Positions 37,408 to 46,933 of a stretch of DNA of 58,048 nucleotides are shown here, in pieces. The notes under the pieces were generated by a model. The model was given only the letters and a program-made list of their open reading frames with translations. It was not told the origin of the DNA and ran no database searches. Position numbers and translations under genes: made by a program. Numbering within the stretch: position 1 is the stretch's first letter; every line of letters begins with the position of its first letter. Source of the DNA: Xanthobacteraceae bacterium. GTDB lineage: Bacteria; Pseudomonadota; Alphaproteobacteria; Rhizobiales; Xanthobacteraceae. The DNA is taken from contig JAIERI010000148.1 in the NCBI GenBank assembly GCA_019747015.1, positions 1 through 58,048 on the forward strand. The letters run 5' to 3'.

Positions 37408-38958
37408 CTAAAAATTCGGCAGCGTCGTGATGGTGACGTCGATCGATCCCGACGCTTCGGCAATCACGCGCAGTGTATTCGAATCGAAAGCGATGTCGCC
37501 AAGGCGCAGGCTGGTAACCGCAGCGTCGATGCGCAGACCGTTATCGGTGGCACGAAAGCCGGTAATGATCGCGGACAGCTTTTGCTGCGCGTTCGTCGCC
37601 AGCGATTTCAGATCGATGGTGGCACGCTCGGCCAGCGCCTTTTGCAGATAGGGCGTCGCCGCGCGCGCCGCAGCACCCATCAACCCAAGCGCGGCGTCTG
37701 ACTCGACCGCGACTTCAAGATCGGCAAGCCGCAAAATCTGCTGTTGTGAATCCAGCACCGGACGGCCCCAGATTCGCACCGTCGCGTCGCCGCCAAGACC
37801 GAACCAACTCGTCTTCTCTCTCGCGTTCACCAGCAGCGAAATCAAAAGACGATCTCCGGCGGCGTCGACGCTCGCGCGTTTGATTCTTACATCCACGGCG
37901 CCACTTCCGTCTTCGGGGAAAGTGCGGTCTTTCAATTGCGTTTCGACGATGCGGCTGACCTCCTCGAATGGCAGGTCGATCGGCACGCCGATATTGATGC
38001 GCCCGGTGTCGACGGGGGGCCCGATGTCCAGTGTTTCGGGGAACGGACAGTTGGGGGTGTTCTGCACTGCGACAATGCGGGTTTCGGCCTGCAAGCCGAT
38101 TGTCAATGTCGCGTTGCGTGCATCGATCTGCGGTTGCGCCGCGACGGCCCGGACCGGCTTCATTTCGAGGAACAGCGCAGGCCTCCCCGCCGCCGAGGCA
38201 GGCAGCGGAATCGAACGGCACATCTTGTCCCATTCGCGGCGCATGCTTCTTTCAAATGATGGATCGCTACGCATCCGCTGCTGAAAAATATCGATCTGCT
38301 CACCCACTGTCTTGTCGATCATCGGCTTGACCTGAGCGGGCACCGCGACCTTCGCGCCCGCCACGGTCAGACTCGAGTCGTTGAGATTGACCTGAGCAGT
38401 GAGCTTGGGGTCGATACGCCAGTTCGGCGTGATCTCGGGCCGTGACGTCATTGTCACCGTGCCCTGGATCGCGGCATTGGCGTTCAGCGATTTGATCGAG
38501 ATGTTACCGATCTGTTTGGCGGCATTGTTGCCGAGAATACTGCCCAGGGCGTTACCGAGCGGGCTGCCTTCGCGTGCATTGAGCGAACCGAGTACCGTCA
38601 GCTTGCCATTGAGCGGCGTTGATAGGGTGAGTGTATTCTGAAGCCCGCTCGTTGAAATGGCGCCGCGTTGCACGGTCCAGTTGATGTCGGCATTTTGCAG
38701 AACCTGAGCGACGGGATTGGTAGCCTTGCCGCCAAGGTCGCGTGGCGCGGCGCGATCCAATGCCGTTCCGATCGTCGCCAGCGAAATCCTGACCGGCGCC
38801 ATGATCTCGGAGGTTCGCGCGACCTGCGGCAGAGGCGGCAACGGCGCGAGCGCTGGCCGCTCTACCACGCGCGGCCAGAAATAATCCATCGCTTGTAGAC
38901 TGGCGAAAAAGGAAACGGCAACGACCGTCAATCCTAGCAGAATGGATTTCAGGTGCAT
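37408..38958 (-). CDS. DUF4403-like protein
   Basis: N-terminal anchor and two beta-rich repeats; family assigned from recall. Confidence 0.65.
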   Translation of the reverse strand: MHLKSILLGLTVVAVSFFASLQAMDYFWPRVVERPALAPLPPLPQVARTSEIMAPVRISLATIGTALDRAAPRDLGGKATNPVAQVLQNADINWTVQRGAISTSGLQNTLTLSTPLNGKLTVLGSLNAREGSPLGNALGSILGNNAAKQIGNISIKSLNANAAIQGTVTMTSRPEITPNWRIDPKLTAQVNLNDSSLTVAGAKVAVPAQVKPMIDKTVGEQIDIFQQRMRSDPSFERSMRREWDKMCRSIPLPASAAGRPALFLEMKPVRAVAAQPQIDARNATLTIGLQAETRIVAVQNTPNCPFPETLDIGPPVDTGRINIGVPIDLPFEEVSRIVETQLKDRTFPEDGSGAVDVRIKRASVDAAGDRLLISLLVNAREKTSWFGLGGDATVRIWGRPVLDSQQQILRLADLEVAVESDAALGLMGAAARAATPYLQKALAERATIDLKSLATNAQQKLSAIITGFRATDNGLRIDAAVTSLRLGDIAFDSNTLRVIAEASGSIDVTITTLPNF

Positions 38959-39023
38959 GATGTTTCCGGCTGCGACATAAGCTGACTTTATCGCTGCACG
39001 ATCGTACGCACCAGCACTTGTGT

Positions 39024-40163
39024 TTAGCGCCGTTCCTTGAGCTGCTTCTGCTGTCTTGGAGAGGGCGCGCGGCGCAGCAGCGGTGGTTGTCGCGGAGTGC
39101 GTTGCAGCGTCGGTCCTGCTGCAGGCGCGACCGGTTTTTGCACGGTGGACGGATTTTGTGTCGCAGGCGCCTGCACTCTATCAGGCGTTTGGCCCGGAAT
39201 CTTCGGCGCTCCCGCTGGCTTCGCCACAGGTTGCTGCTTCTGCAATCCCGGCTGCGGCTTTTGAAGTTGCTGTTTCTGAAGCTGTTGTTTTTGAGCCCCT
39301 GGAGCCTTCGGCGTGCCCTGTTGCTTTTGTTGTCCGGGAGTCTGCGGTTTGCCGGGCTGGCGCGACAAATTCTGCTGCCGCAAGGCACGCTGCTGCGTTA
39401 CAATCTGTCGTCCGATGCCTTGCGCGGCATGAACCTGACGCACAAAGCCTTGATCCCGTGCCGCCTGCTGTGGCGAAATCTGAAGCGCCGCCGCGGTGAA
39501 ACGGCCGCCCGCGCCGGGGCGAATGGCAAAACCGCTGGATGCCCGCGATAACAAACCAAGACGTGCGCCGTCGCGGCCGTTCACCTCGATGTGGCCAACC
39601 CGGCCGTCCTGATCGGGATAAAGCTTGATCGCGACCTCATTGCCGCCGCCGGACGCCGACACATTGTCCGGCACGTCGATGACACCGGTGGTGCCGCGAA
39701 TACCGAGCGTCGCGGTCGGCGTCGATATCTTCATGTCTCCGGTTTTCGCTACCGCGTTCGCGACGAAGGCCACCGTGCCGCGCGCGACATTGAACAGCGC
39801 CGCATTCTTTTTGCCGCCCTCTTCATAGACGTAGTTGTTGATCACGATCCTGGCATTGGAGCTGAGATTGAAAGTGGTATCGTCGTTGAAGGTGACGCCG
39901 AGTTCGGAGTCCGCGCCGGTTTGCAGCGTGTCGCCCAGGTAAACATCGTCGTTGACCTTGAGCGCGGTAGCGTTGCCGAAGCGTGCAATGGTTGCGCTGC
40001 CGCTCAGCGTGGCGACGTTGCCGATCGGATCGCCGGCTGGAGGCAAAACGGAGGACGGGGTTGTTTGTGTTGGCTGGGCTGGGTTCTGCGCGTTGCCCGA
40101 TTGCACGGCAAGAATGAAACCACAAAACAGGCCGGCGGCGAAAATGATATTGCGAAATGTCAC
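39024..40163 (-). CDS. FecR-domain exported protein with Gln/Pro/Lys-rich tail
   Basis: IG.V..L.G, GD.LQTG, F.D.T...L and TPTATLGIRGT motifs. GTG start at 40163 gives a signal peptide. Confidence 0.8.
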   Translation of the reverse strand: MTFRNIIFAAGLFCGFILAVQSGNAQNPAQPTQTTPSSVLPPAGDPIGNVATLSGSATIARFGNATALKVNDDVYLGDTLQTGADSELGVTFNDDTTFNLSSNARIVINNYVYEEGGKKNAALFNVARGTVAFVANAVAKTGDMKISTPTATLGIRGTTGVIDVPDNVSASGGGNEVAIKLYPDQDGRVGHIEVNGRDGARLGLLSRASSGFAIRPGAGGRFTAAALQISPQQAARDQGFVRQVHAAQGIGRQIVTQQRALRQQNLSRQPGKPQTPGQQKQQGTPKAPGAQKQQLQKQQLQKPQPGLQKQQPVAKPAGAPKIPGQTPDRVQAPATQNPSTVQKPVAPAAGPTLQRTPRQPPLLRRAPSPRQQKQLKERR

Positions 40164-40228
40164 GGGCCCCGTCCGATCGCTTATGCCAGCCCTCAGGGTC
40201 AACGGGCGCGGCTGAATGTTATCTGAAT

Positions 40229-40261
40229 AAAAAAAGCGTCCCGGCAAAACCGGGGCGCTTT
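40229..40261 (-). terminator. intrinsic terminator
   Basis: AAAGCGCCCCGG-TTTTG-CCGGGACGC followed by a T7 tract. Confidence 0.85.
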
Positions 40262-40291
40262 ATTTGCCGTAAAAAACAGCGAATTTCGACC

Positions 40292-40375
40292 TTACAACAG
40301 CCCCAGCACGATAGCGCCGACAAAGGCCATGGTCACGTAGGCTGTCACGACACTCAGACTGCGACCGACGGACAT
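40292..40375 (-). CDS. 27-aa hydrophobic micropeptide (not in ORF track)
   Basis: GGGAG RBS; MSVGRSLSVVTAYVTMAFVGAIVLGLL*; terminator follows. Confidence 0.6.
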   Translation of the reverse strand: MSVGRSLSVVTAYVTMAFVGAIVLGLL

Positions 40376-40566
40376 GCGTGATGCTCCCGGATTTGATCTG
40401 CTAAGTCCTAATTCCCGATGCTAGCAAAGCGTTCCGCACCGAGACAGCCGTCTTGACTGTTTTCTGACGCCGTTGTGGAAGACAGAAACAGCCCCGATCG
40501 TGGTTAAAAAACTTTGAAAAACAAGGTGTTGAAGAGTCTTTAAGTTTATTCGCCGAACTTGCGCGG

Positions 40567-41817
40567 ATGACGCGCGGATTTCGTTTGGTTCTTGTTGGCT
40601 CCTTCATCCTGGTTTCGCTTGCGGGTTGCGGCCGCGGTTTCTTTCAAACTGCCGAACGCGAACCTTGGCGTGCCGAGGCGGAGGCCGCTTGCCTGAAATC
40701 GGGAGTCGTCAAGGAAAATGCCGACCTTGTGCGGATCGATCCAATTTCCGGACCCGGCATCTGCGGCGCTGAATTTCCCCTGAAGGTCGCGGCGTTGGGC
40801 GAGAGCAACGCGTCGCTCGGTTATGTCGATGATCTGCGCCCGCCGAATACGATTGGCAACGCACAGCCGCGCTGGCCTGTGACGCAACCGCAACCTTCTT
40901 ACGCTCACCCTTCTTATTCTTCGCCGTCTTATTCGCCGCCGCTGGCGTCTTCCTCTTATCCGGCCGCCGTGCCGCAAACGTCAGCACCCGCCGGCGCTCC
41001 GATGCCATTGAACGTGCCGGGCGTTGCGCCGCCGCCCGACGATGAAGACGACGCGGCGTACAGCGCGCCAGCTTCACGCTACCCAAATACAGCGCCGCAA
41101 TCGCGCCCGCCTTACGCGGCCCAGCCTTCGCAACCTTCTTATTCGCAACCCCGGCTCGGCCCGGCAGGCAACCCGGTCTCGTCGCTCGGACCTGTCGCGT
41201 TGAAGCCGACGGCAACTCTGGCATGTCCGATCGTCTCGGTGCTTGATCGCTGGCTGGCGGACTCGGTGCAGCCGGCGGCGATGCGCTGGTTTGGTGCGCG
41301 GGTTGTGGAGATCAAGCAGATTTCCGCCTATTCCTGCCGCGGCATGAACGGCAATTCCAACGCGCATATTTCCGAACATGCGTTCGGCAACGCGCTCGAT
41401 ATCGCGGCCTTCACGCTGGCGGACGGACGGCGGATTTCGGTGCAGGACGGCTGGAAGGGGTTGCCGGAAGAGCAGGGTTTCCTGCGTGATGTGCAGGCGG
41501 CCGCGTGTCAGCAGTTTACGACCGTGCTGGCACCAGGCTCGAACGTTTATCACTACAATCACATCCATGTCGATTTGATGCGCCGCGCCAGCGGGCGGAT
41601 CATCTGCCAGCCTTCGGCGGTCTCGGGCGAGGAGGTCGCGGCGCGCGCGTCGCCGCGCGGTTATGCAGGCCGCGACGGCTTCCGCGATTCAGGTGTAACG
41701 GGATCGATCTCTCTTGGCGGACGCAAACGCCGTACCGCTGGATCCGCGAGCCTGCAGTTGTCGAAACAGGACGCCGACACGATTGAAGATGAGTCGCGCC
41801 TCAGCGATCACGACTGA
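40567..41817 (+). CDS. extensin-like lipoprotein
   Basis: Lipobox LAGC, Pro/Ser/Tyr-rich linker and a C-terminal domain with YSCR, SEHAFGNALD and HYNHIHVD. Confidence 0.88.
   Translation: MTRGFRLVLVGSFILVSLAGCGRGFFQTAEREPWRAEAEAACLKSGVVKENADLVRIDPISGPGICGAEFPLKVAALGESNASLGYVDDLRPPNTIGNAQPRWPVTQPQPSYAHPSYSSPSYSPPLASSSYPAAVPQTSAPAGAPMPLNVPGVAPPPDDEDDAAYSAPASRYPNTAPQSRPPYAAQPSQPSYSQPRLGPAGNPVSSLGPVALKPTATLACPIVSVLDRWLADSVQPAAMRWFGARVVEIKQISAYSCRGMNGNSNAHISEHAFGNALDIAAFTLADGRRISVQDGWKGLPEEQGFLRDVQAAACQQFTTVLAPGSNVYHYNHIHVDLMRRASGRIICQPSAVSGEEVAARASPRGYAGRDGFRDSGVTGSISLGGRKRRTAGSASLQLSKQDADTIEDESRLSDHD
40894..40938 (+). repeat. three 15-nt tandem coding repeats (PSYxx)
   Basis: CCTTCTTACGCTCAC CCTTCTTATTCTTCG CCGTCTTATTCGCCG. 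Confidence 0.6.
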
Positions 41818-41832
41818 GCGCGGAAACGCTTT

Positions 41833-42480
41833 CTACTTCGCTGAAGCTGCCTTGTAGGCCTTGAGAAACATCCGCGTCGCGCTTCCCACGACTTCCGCGA
41901 TGCGTTCGCTCGAAGGCTCCGGTGTCACCTGAAAAATATAGGGCAGGAACAGGCTGGCTTGGCAGGACAGCATGAATTGCGCTGCCGCCAAATCGCAATT
42001 GTCGATATCGAGCGTTCCGGCTTCGACTTGTGTTTGCAGGAAGTCTCGTAACTTGTTGAGCCACGCTGCCGGGACGTGCTCGTAATATCGGCGTCCGATT
42101 TCCGGCATACGCTCGGCGATCGCCATCACGGTGCGAATGGTCGAGCCGCCGCCCGGACGGCACATCATCTCCATATAGCCCTGGCCGAACTTTTTAAGCG
42201 TGACGGCCACGTCTTCATTGGGATCAATGACAATCTTGTTGATCCCCTGATCGCGCAATTCGCATTTTACGATTGCGCCGAACAAAGCGAGCTTGTCGGC
42301 GAAATAGACATAGAGCGTGCCTTTCGACACGCCTGCGGCTTTGGCGATTTCGCCCATGCTCGCGGCATCGAACCCCCGATCCCTGAACACGCGACGGGCG
42401 CCTTCAATGATCTGGCGGCGTTTGGCGCGGTCGTCATCGCCTTCTTCGGCAGGTATCTGGGTAGCGATCGAACTGTTCAT
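41833..42480 (-). CDS. TetR/AcrR family repressor of emrAB
   Basis: GFDAASMGEIAKAAGVSKGTLYVYF HTH; divergent from emrAB. Confidence 0.93.
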   Translation of the reverse strand: MNSSIATQIPAEEGDDDRAKRRQIIEGARRVFRDRGFDAASMGEIAKAAGVSKGTLYVYFADKLALFGAIVKCELRDQGINKIVIDPNEDVAVTLKKFGQGYMEMMCRPGGGSTIRTVMAIAERMPEIGRRYYEHVPAAWLNKLRDFLQTQVEAGTLDIDNCDLAAAQFMLSCQASLFLPYIFQVTPEPSSERIAEVVGSATRMFLKAYKAASAK

Positions 42481-42544
42481 GGCTTTTACTGTAGCTGAGA
42501 GGCAGATTCGCTCCAAAAAATTCACCGCGAGCTTCTTTTTAGTC

Positions 42545-42597
42545 TTGACCGAACGGTTCGGTCAACTATAAGTAGAATAACTGAACGGTTCGGTCAA
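42545..42597. promoter_or_regulatory. two TetR operator palindromes
   Basis: Perfect TTGACCGAAC-G-GTTCGGTCAA (42545-42565) and imperfect ATAACTGAACGGTTCGGTCAA (42577-42597). Confidence 0.85.
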
Positions 42598-42632
42598 GTC
42601 TTTGAATGTCCGTTTCGGAATTGGAGGGCGCC

Positions 42633-43880
42633 ATGTCGCCATCGAGAGATTCATCCGCCGCTCGGGTTCTTTCCGCTGAGCCAGACCACAAAAAGCCCGC
42701 CGCACCTGAGCGACACCTCCGGGTCGAAGATTTGCAGGCTCGCCGCCAAGCTGAAGCGCCGGCAACGGATGCCCCCGGCGCCGATGCGCCTGCGTCGTTG
42801 AAATCACGCTGGTCGAAACTCAGCCGTCGCCAGAAAATTCTCTCCATCGCGGGCGTGATCGCCGCACTCGGCGGCGTTTACTTTGGAACGAACTACGTTC
42901 TTGTCGGACGCTTCATGGTGACCACCGACGATGCATATGTTCGTGCCAACAATACCACGCTTGGCGCGCGGGTGGCGGGCCATATCGCGCAGATTGCGGT
43001 CGGCGATAACGTTCCGGTCAAGGCTGGTGAACTGCTGTTTCAGATCGACGATGGCGATTACCGGATTGCGGCTGAAAACGCGCGCGCCAAAATCGTGACG
43101 CAGGAAGCCACCATCGATCGCATCGGCAAGCAGGCCATCGCGCAGCAGAGCGCGGTGGATCAGGCCAAATCGCAGATTGCCTCCGCACAGGCAGGGGTCG
43201 AACGCACCCAGGCAGACTTCGCGCGTCAGGAAGCTTTGAGCGAAAAGGGTTTCGCATCGAAGGCGACCTATGATGTGTCGAAGGCCGGCCGCGATCAGGC
43301 CGTAGCCAGCCTGCAGGGATCGCAGGCGCAGCTTGCTGCGGCGCAGGCCCAGGTCGATGTCATCAACGCACAGCAGGCCGAGGCGAAGGGTCAACTCGCG
43401 GAGCTGAAGACGTCGCTTGCGAAGGCCGAACGCGATCTTGCCTTCACCACGGTTCGCGCGCCGGTGGATGGCGTATTCTCCAACCGAATGGTCAATGAAG
43501 GCGATTACATCCAGGTCGGCCAGCGTCTCGCCAATGTCGTGCCGCTCAACGACGTCTATATCGACGCTAACTTCAAGGAAACTCAGCTGACGCGCCTGAA
43601 GCCCGGTCAGCATGTCAGCATTTCAGTCGACGCGGTCAGCGGCCGAGGTTTCGACGGCACCGTCGAAAGTCTCGCCCCAGCATCGGGTTCTGTTTTCACA
43701 TTGCTGCCGCCCGACAATGCCACCGGCAATTTCACCAAGGTCGTGCAGCGTCTGCCGGTCCGTATCCGCGTCTCGGAGGATGTCGCCAAGGAGCATCTGC
43801 TGCGCGCCGGCATGTCGGTCATCGTCAGCGTCAACACCAAGCGCTCATCCGACACGGCTGAAACGCAGGCGGCGAACTAA
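42633..43880 (+). CDS. emrA: EmrA/HlyD membrane fusion protein
   Basis: TTDDAYV, ANFKETQL and LLPPDNATGNFTKVVQRLPVRI motifs. Confidence 0.93.
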   Translation: MSPSRDSSAARVLSAEPDHKKPAAPERHLRVEDLQARRQAEAPATDAPGADAPASLKSRWSKLSRRQKILSIAGVIAALGGVYFGTNYVLVGRFMVTTDDAYVRANNTTLGARVAGHIAQIAVGDNVPVKAGELLFQIDDGDYRIAAENARAKIVTQEATIDRIGKQAIAQQSAVDQAKSQIASAQAGVERTQADFARQEALSEKGFASKATYDVSKAGRDQAVASLQGSQAQLAAAQAQVDVINAQQAEAKGQLAELKTSLAKAERDLAFTTVRAPVDGVFSNRMVNEGDYIQVGQRLANVVPLNDVYIDANFKETQLTRLKPGQHVSISVDAVSGRGFDGTVESLAPASGSVFTLLPPDNATGNFTKVVQRLPVRIRVSEDVAKEHLLRAGMSVIVSVNTKRSSDTAETQAAN

Positions 43881-43919
43881 AGGTTCGCGCGAGACGAAGT
43901 TTTCGCAGCGAGGCATCTC

Positions 43920-45512
43920 ATGTCGTCCACCAACGCATCAGGACCAGCCGATATTCCGGCTCCCCCGACGCCCGCTTCGGAGAAGGTCGATCCGAAGCGG
44001 ATGATCGCGTTCGTCATCATGGTATTCGGCATGTTTATGTCGATCCTGGACATTCAGATCGTCTCAGCTTCGCTGTCCGATATTCAGGCCGGTCTGTCCG
44101 CATCATCCACCGAAGTGTCATGGGTGCAGACCGCCTATCTGATCGCCGAAGTGATCGCGATTCCGCTGTCGGGCTTCCTGTCGCGCGCCCTCGGCACCCG
44201 CATTCTTTTCGCGATTTCGGCGGCGGGATTCACCGCCTCCAGTTTCATGTGCGGTCTCACATCCGACATCGGGCAGATGATTCTGTGGCGCGCAATCCAG
44301 GGTTTTCTCGGTGCGGGCATGATCCCGACCGTGTTCGCTTCCGCCTATACGATTTTCCCGCGTAGCAAGCTGCCGATCGTCACCCCCGTGATCGGTCTGG
44401 TTGCGACGCTGGCGCCGACCGTGGGCCCCACGGTCGGCGGCTACATAACCGACGTCATGTCGTGGCACTGGCTGTTCTTCATCAACGTGCTGCCGGGCAT
44501 CGCCATCACGCTTGGCGTCCTCGCGCTGGTCGATTTCGACCAGCCGAATCTCGAATTGCTGGATCGTTTCGACTGGTTCGGCCTGATCACGATGGCCGGG
44601 TTTCTCGGTTCGATGGAATATGTACTCGAAGAGGGCCCGCAATATCAGTGGTTCGAGGACACATCCGTGGCGGTGATGGCCGTCATCGGCGCGGTGTCCA
44701 CGGTGCTGTTCTTCTACCGGGTGCTGACGGCGAAGGAGCCGATCGTCGATATTCGTGCCTTCACGGATCGCAACTTCGCCATCGGCAGTATCTTTTCGTT
44801 TTGCGTCGGCATCGGCCTTTACGGCATGACCTACGTGTATCCGCGCTACCTCGCCGAGGTGCGCGATTACAGCCCCGTGATGATCGGTGAGACCATGTTC
44901 GTGTCAGGTCTTGCGATGTTTATGACCGCGCCCCTGGTCGGACGGCTGATGACGAAAGTCGATCCGCGCTACATGATCGGCGCGGGGCTGTTGATCTTCG
45001 CGCTCAGCACATGGCTGATGACCTGGATCACCAGGGATTACGATTTCCATGAATTGCTCTGGCCGCAGATTTTCCGTGGCATGGGCATCATGCTGGCGAT
45101 GATCCCGGTCAACAACATCGCGCTCGGCACGCTGGCGCCCTCAATGATGAAGAACGCATCCGGCCTGTTCAACCTGACGCGAAACCTCGGCGGCGCGGTA
45201 GGTCTTGCCGTCATTAACGAGGTGCTCAACGACCGCACCGATCTGCACATCGATCGTCTGCATGATCGGATGAACTGGGGCAGCGCAACGGCGGTCGATC
45301 TGTTGAATACGCTGACGCAGAAATTCCAGGGCATGGGCAACGCGTCGCTGATGGCACTAAAGGAATTGTCGATGATCGTGCATCGGCAAGCCGTGGTGAT
45401 GAGTTTCGGCGACGCCTTCTACATGCTGACGTTCTTCTATATCGGCCTCAGTGCCCTGGTGATCTTCGTCAACAAGCCGAAATCGGGCGCTGGCGCAGGC
45501 GGCGGGCATTAG
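43920..45512 (+). CDS. emrB: EmrB/QacA DHA2 efflux permease
   Basis: MSILDIQIV, WVQTAYL, WLFFIN and ASGLFNLTRNLGG motifs. Confidence 0.93.
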   Translation: MSSTNASGPADIPAPPTPASEKVDPKRMIAFVIMVFGMFMSILDIQIVSASLSDIQAGLSASSTEVSWVQTAYLIAEVIAIPLSGFLSRALGTRILFAISAAGFTASSFMCGLTSDIGQMILWRAIQGFLGAGMIPTVFASAYTIFPRSKLPIVTPVIGLVATLAPTVGPTVGGYITDVMSWHWLFFINVLPGIAITLGVLALVDFDQPNLELLDRFDWFGLITMAGFLGSMEYVLEEGPQYQWFEDTSVAVMAVIGAVSTVLFFYRVLTAKEPIVDIRAFTDRNFAIGSIFSFCVGIGLYGMTYVYPRYLAEVRDYSPVMIGETMFVSGLAMFMTAPLVGRLMTKVDPRYMIGAGLLIFALSTWLMTWITRDYDFHELLWPQIFRGMGIMLAMIPVNNIALGTLAPSMMKNASGLFNLTRNLGGAVGLAVINEVLNDRTDLHIDRLHDRMNWGSATAVDLLNTLTQKFQGMGNASLMALKELSMIVHRQAVVMSFGDAFYMLTFFYIGLSALVIFVNKPKSGAGAGGGH

Positions 45513-45704
45513 CTAACTCTGTCACGGCCCCCGACCTCCGGGGGGACAGGTTCGCTTCGCCGTTTGGCTTTTATTCCATAATATCCGATTATTTTTTAGG
45601 CGAGCTTTTTAAGCCCTGTCATGATTGTCTCATCCGATCGGGGGATGAGGACAAATTGTCGCGGTGCTACGCGACCGGCAATCGATGCGCAGCGGATTTG
45701 AGAC

Positions 45705-46817
45705 ATGGCCCGACAATTGAAGCTGTCTAATCTCATTGAGGAAGTCTACGACGCGGCGCTCGAGCCTGCGCTGTGGAACGATGTCGTGTCGCGCATCAGC
45801 GATTTCGTCGATGCTCAGGCCTGCGGACTCATTTCGAAAGATTCGGCGAGCAAGTCCGGAGCGACGCATTATTACTGCGGCGTCGATCCCCATTACATTC
45901 AGCTTTATTCCGATACCTACTCCAGATTTGACCCTCTCAAGACCTTGCCGCCTCTCGGCCAGGTCGTGGGTATCCCGGATTTGGTGGCCTATGATGAATA
46001 TCGCCGGGGCCCGTTTTATCAGGAATGGTTGCGACCTCAGGGCTGTGTCGATGTCGCAAACGCCTTGCTCGAGAAATCGGGATCGAGCGCGGTGCTGCTC
46101 ACCTTTCTGCCTGGCAAGGACCGCATGCTCGACAGCAAAATGCGGCGGCGGATCGCCCTTGTCGCGCCCCATGCTCATCGCGCGTTACTCATCAACAAGG
46201 CGATCGATTTCAAGGAAACTGCGGCCGCGACATTCGCCGATGTGCTCAATACTCTCAGCGCTGGAATTTTTCTGATTGATGCTCATTGTCAGATCGTCCA
46301 CACGAATGCCGCGGGCCAGGACATGCTGTGCGCGGACGATGTTCTGCGCTCGGTCGGCGGGCGGCTCGTCGTTCGCGATGTGCAGATCAGTCAGGCCCTG
46401 AAGCAGGTCTGTGTCTTCATCGATGTTACAAAATGTCCAAGGAGCGCGGCTTTTCCCTTGATCGCACTTGATGGCGAACGTTACATCGCGCATCTATTGC
46501 CGCTTGCATCGGCAACGAGGGGCACAACCGGGACGGCCTACAAGGCTGTTGCCGCCCTGTTTGTGAGAAAGGCCGCGCTGGACAGTCAGTCCTGCGGTGA
46601 TCTCATCGCGCGCACTTTTGAATTGACCCCGGCAGAAACGCGCGTGCTGCTTTCCATCGTCGAGGTCGGAGGCGTGCCGGGGACAGCGGAAGCTCTCGGT
46701 ATCGCAGAGACGACGGTCAAAACCCATCTGCATCGCGTGTTCGCCAAAACCGGGGCGAGCCGTCAGGCTGACCTTGTCAAGCTGACCGCCGGATTTTCAA
46801 ATCCGCTGGCGGGCTGA
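45705..46817 (+). CDS. GAF/PAS-like sensor with LuxR-type HTH transcriptional regulator
   Basis: LIEEVYDAALEP..W N-terminus; C-terminal LTPAE...AEALGIAETTVKTHL..VFAKTG..RQADLV. Confidence 0.9.
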   Translation: MARQLKLSNLIEEVYDAALEPALWNDVVSRISDFVDAQACGLISKDSASKSGATHYYCGVDPHYIQLYSDTYSRFDPLKTLPPLGQVVGIPDLVAYDEYRRGPFYQEWLRPQGCVDVANALLEKSGSSAVLLTFLPGKDRMLDSKMRRRIALVAPHAHRALLINKAIDFKETAAATFADVLNTLSAGIFLIDAHCQIVHTNAAGQDMLCADDVLRSVGGRLVVRDVQISQALKQVCVFIDVTKCPRSAAFPLIALDGERYIAHLLPLASATRGTTGTAYKAVAALFVRKAALDSQSCGDLIARTFELTPAETRVLLSIVEVGGVPGTAEALGIAETTVKTHLHRVFAKTGASRQADLVKLTAGFSNPLAG

Positions 46818-46862
46818 TGCCATAGGCCGGTCCCTCGGTATCAAAATGTCCTTTAAAACTGG

Positions 46863-46895
46863 CGAAGGGTCCGGCGTGTTTACGCCGGACCCTTC
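46863..46895. terminator. hairpin between the convergent LuxR gene and rnpB
   Basis: CGAAGGGTCCGGCGT-GTTT-ACGCCGGACCCTTCG. Confidence 0.7.
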
Positions 46896-46933
46896 GTTTG
46901 CACGCACGATCTGCATCATGCGGTCTTCAATAT

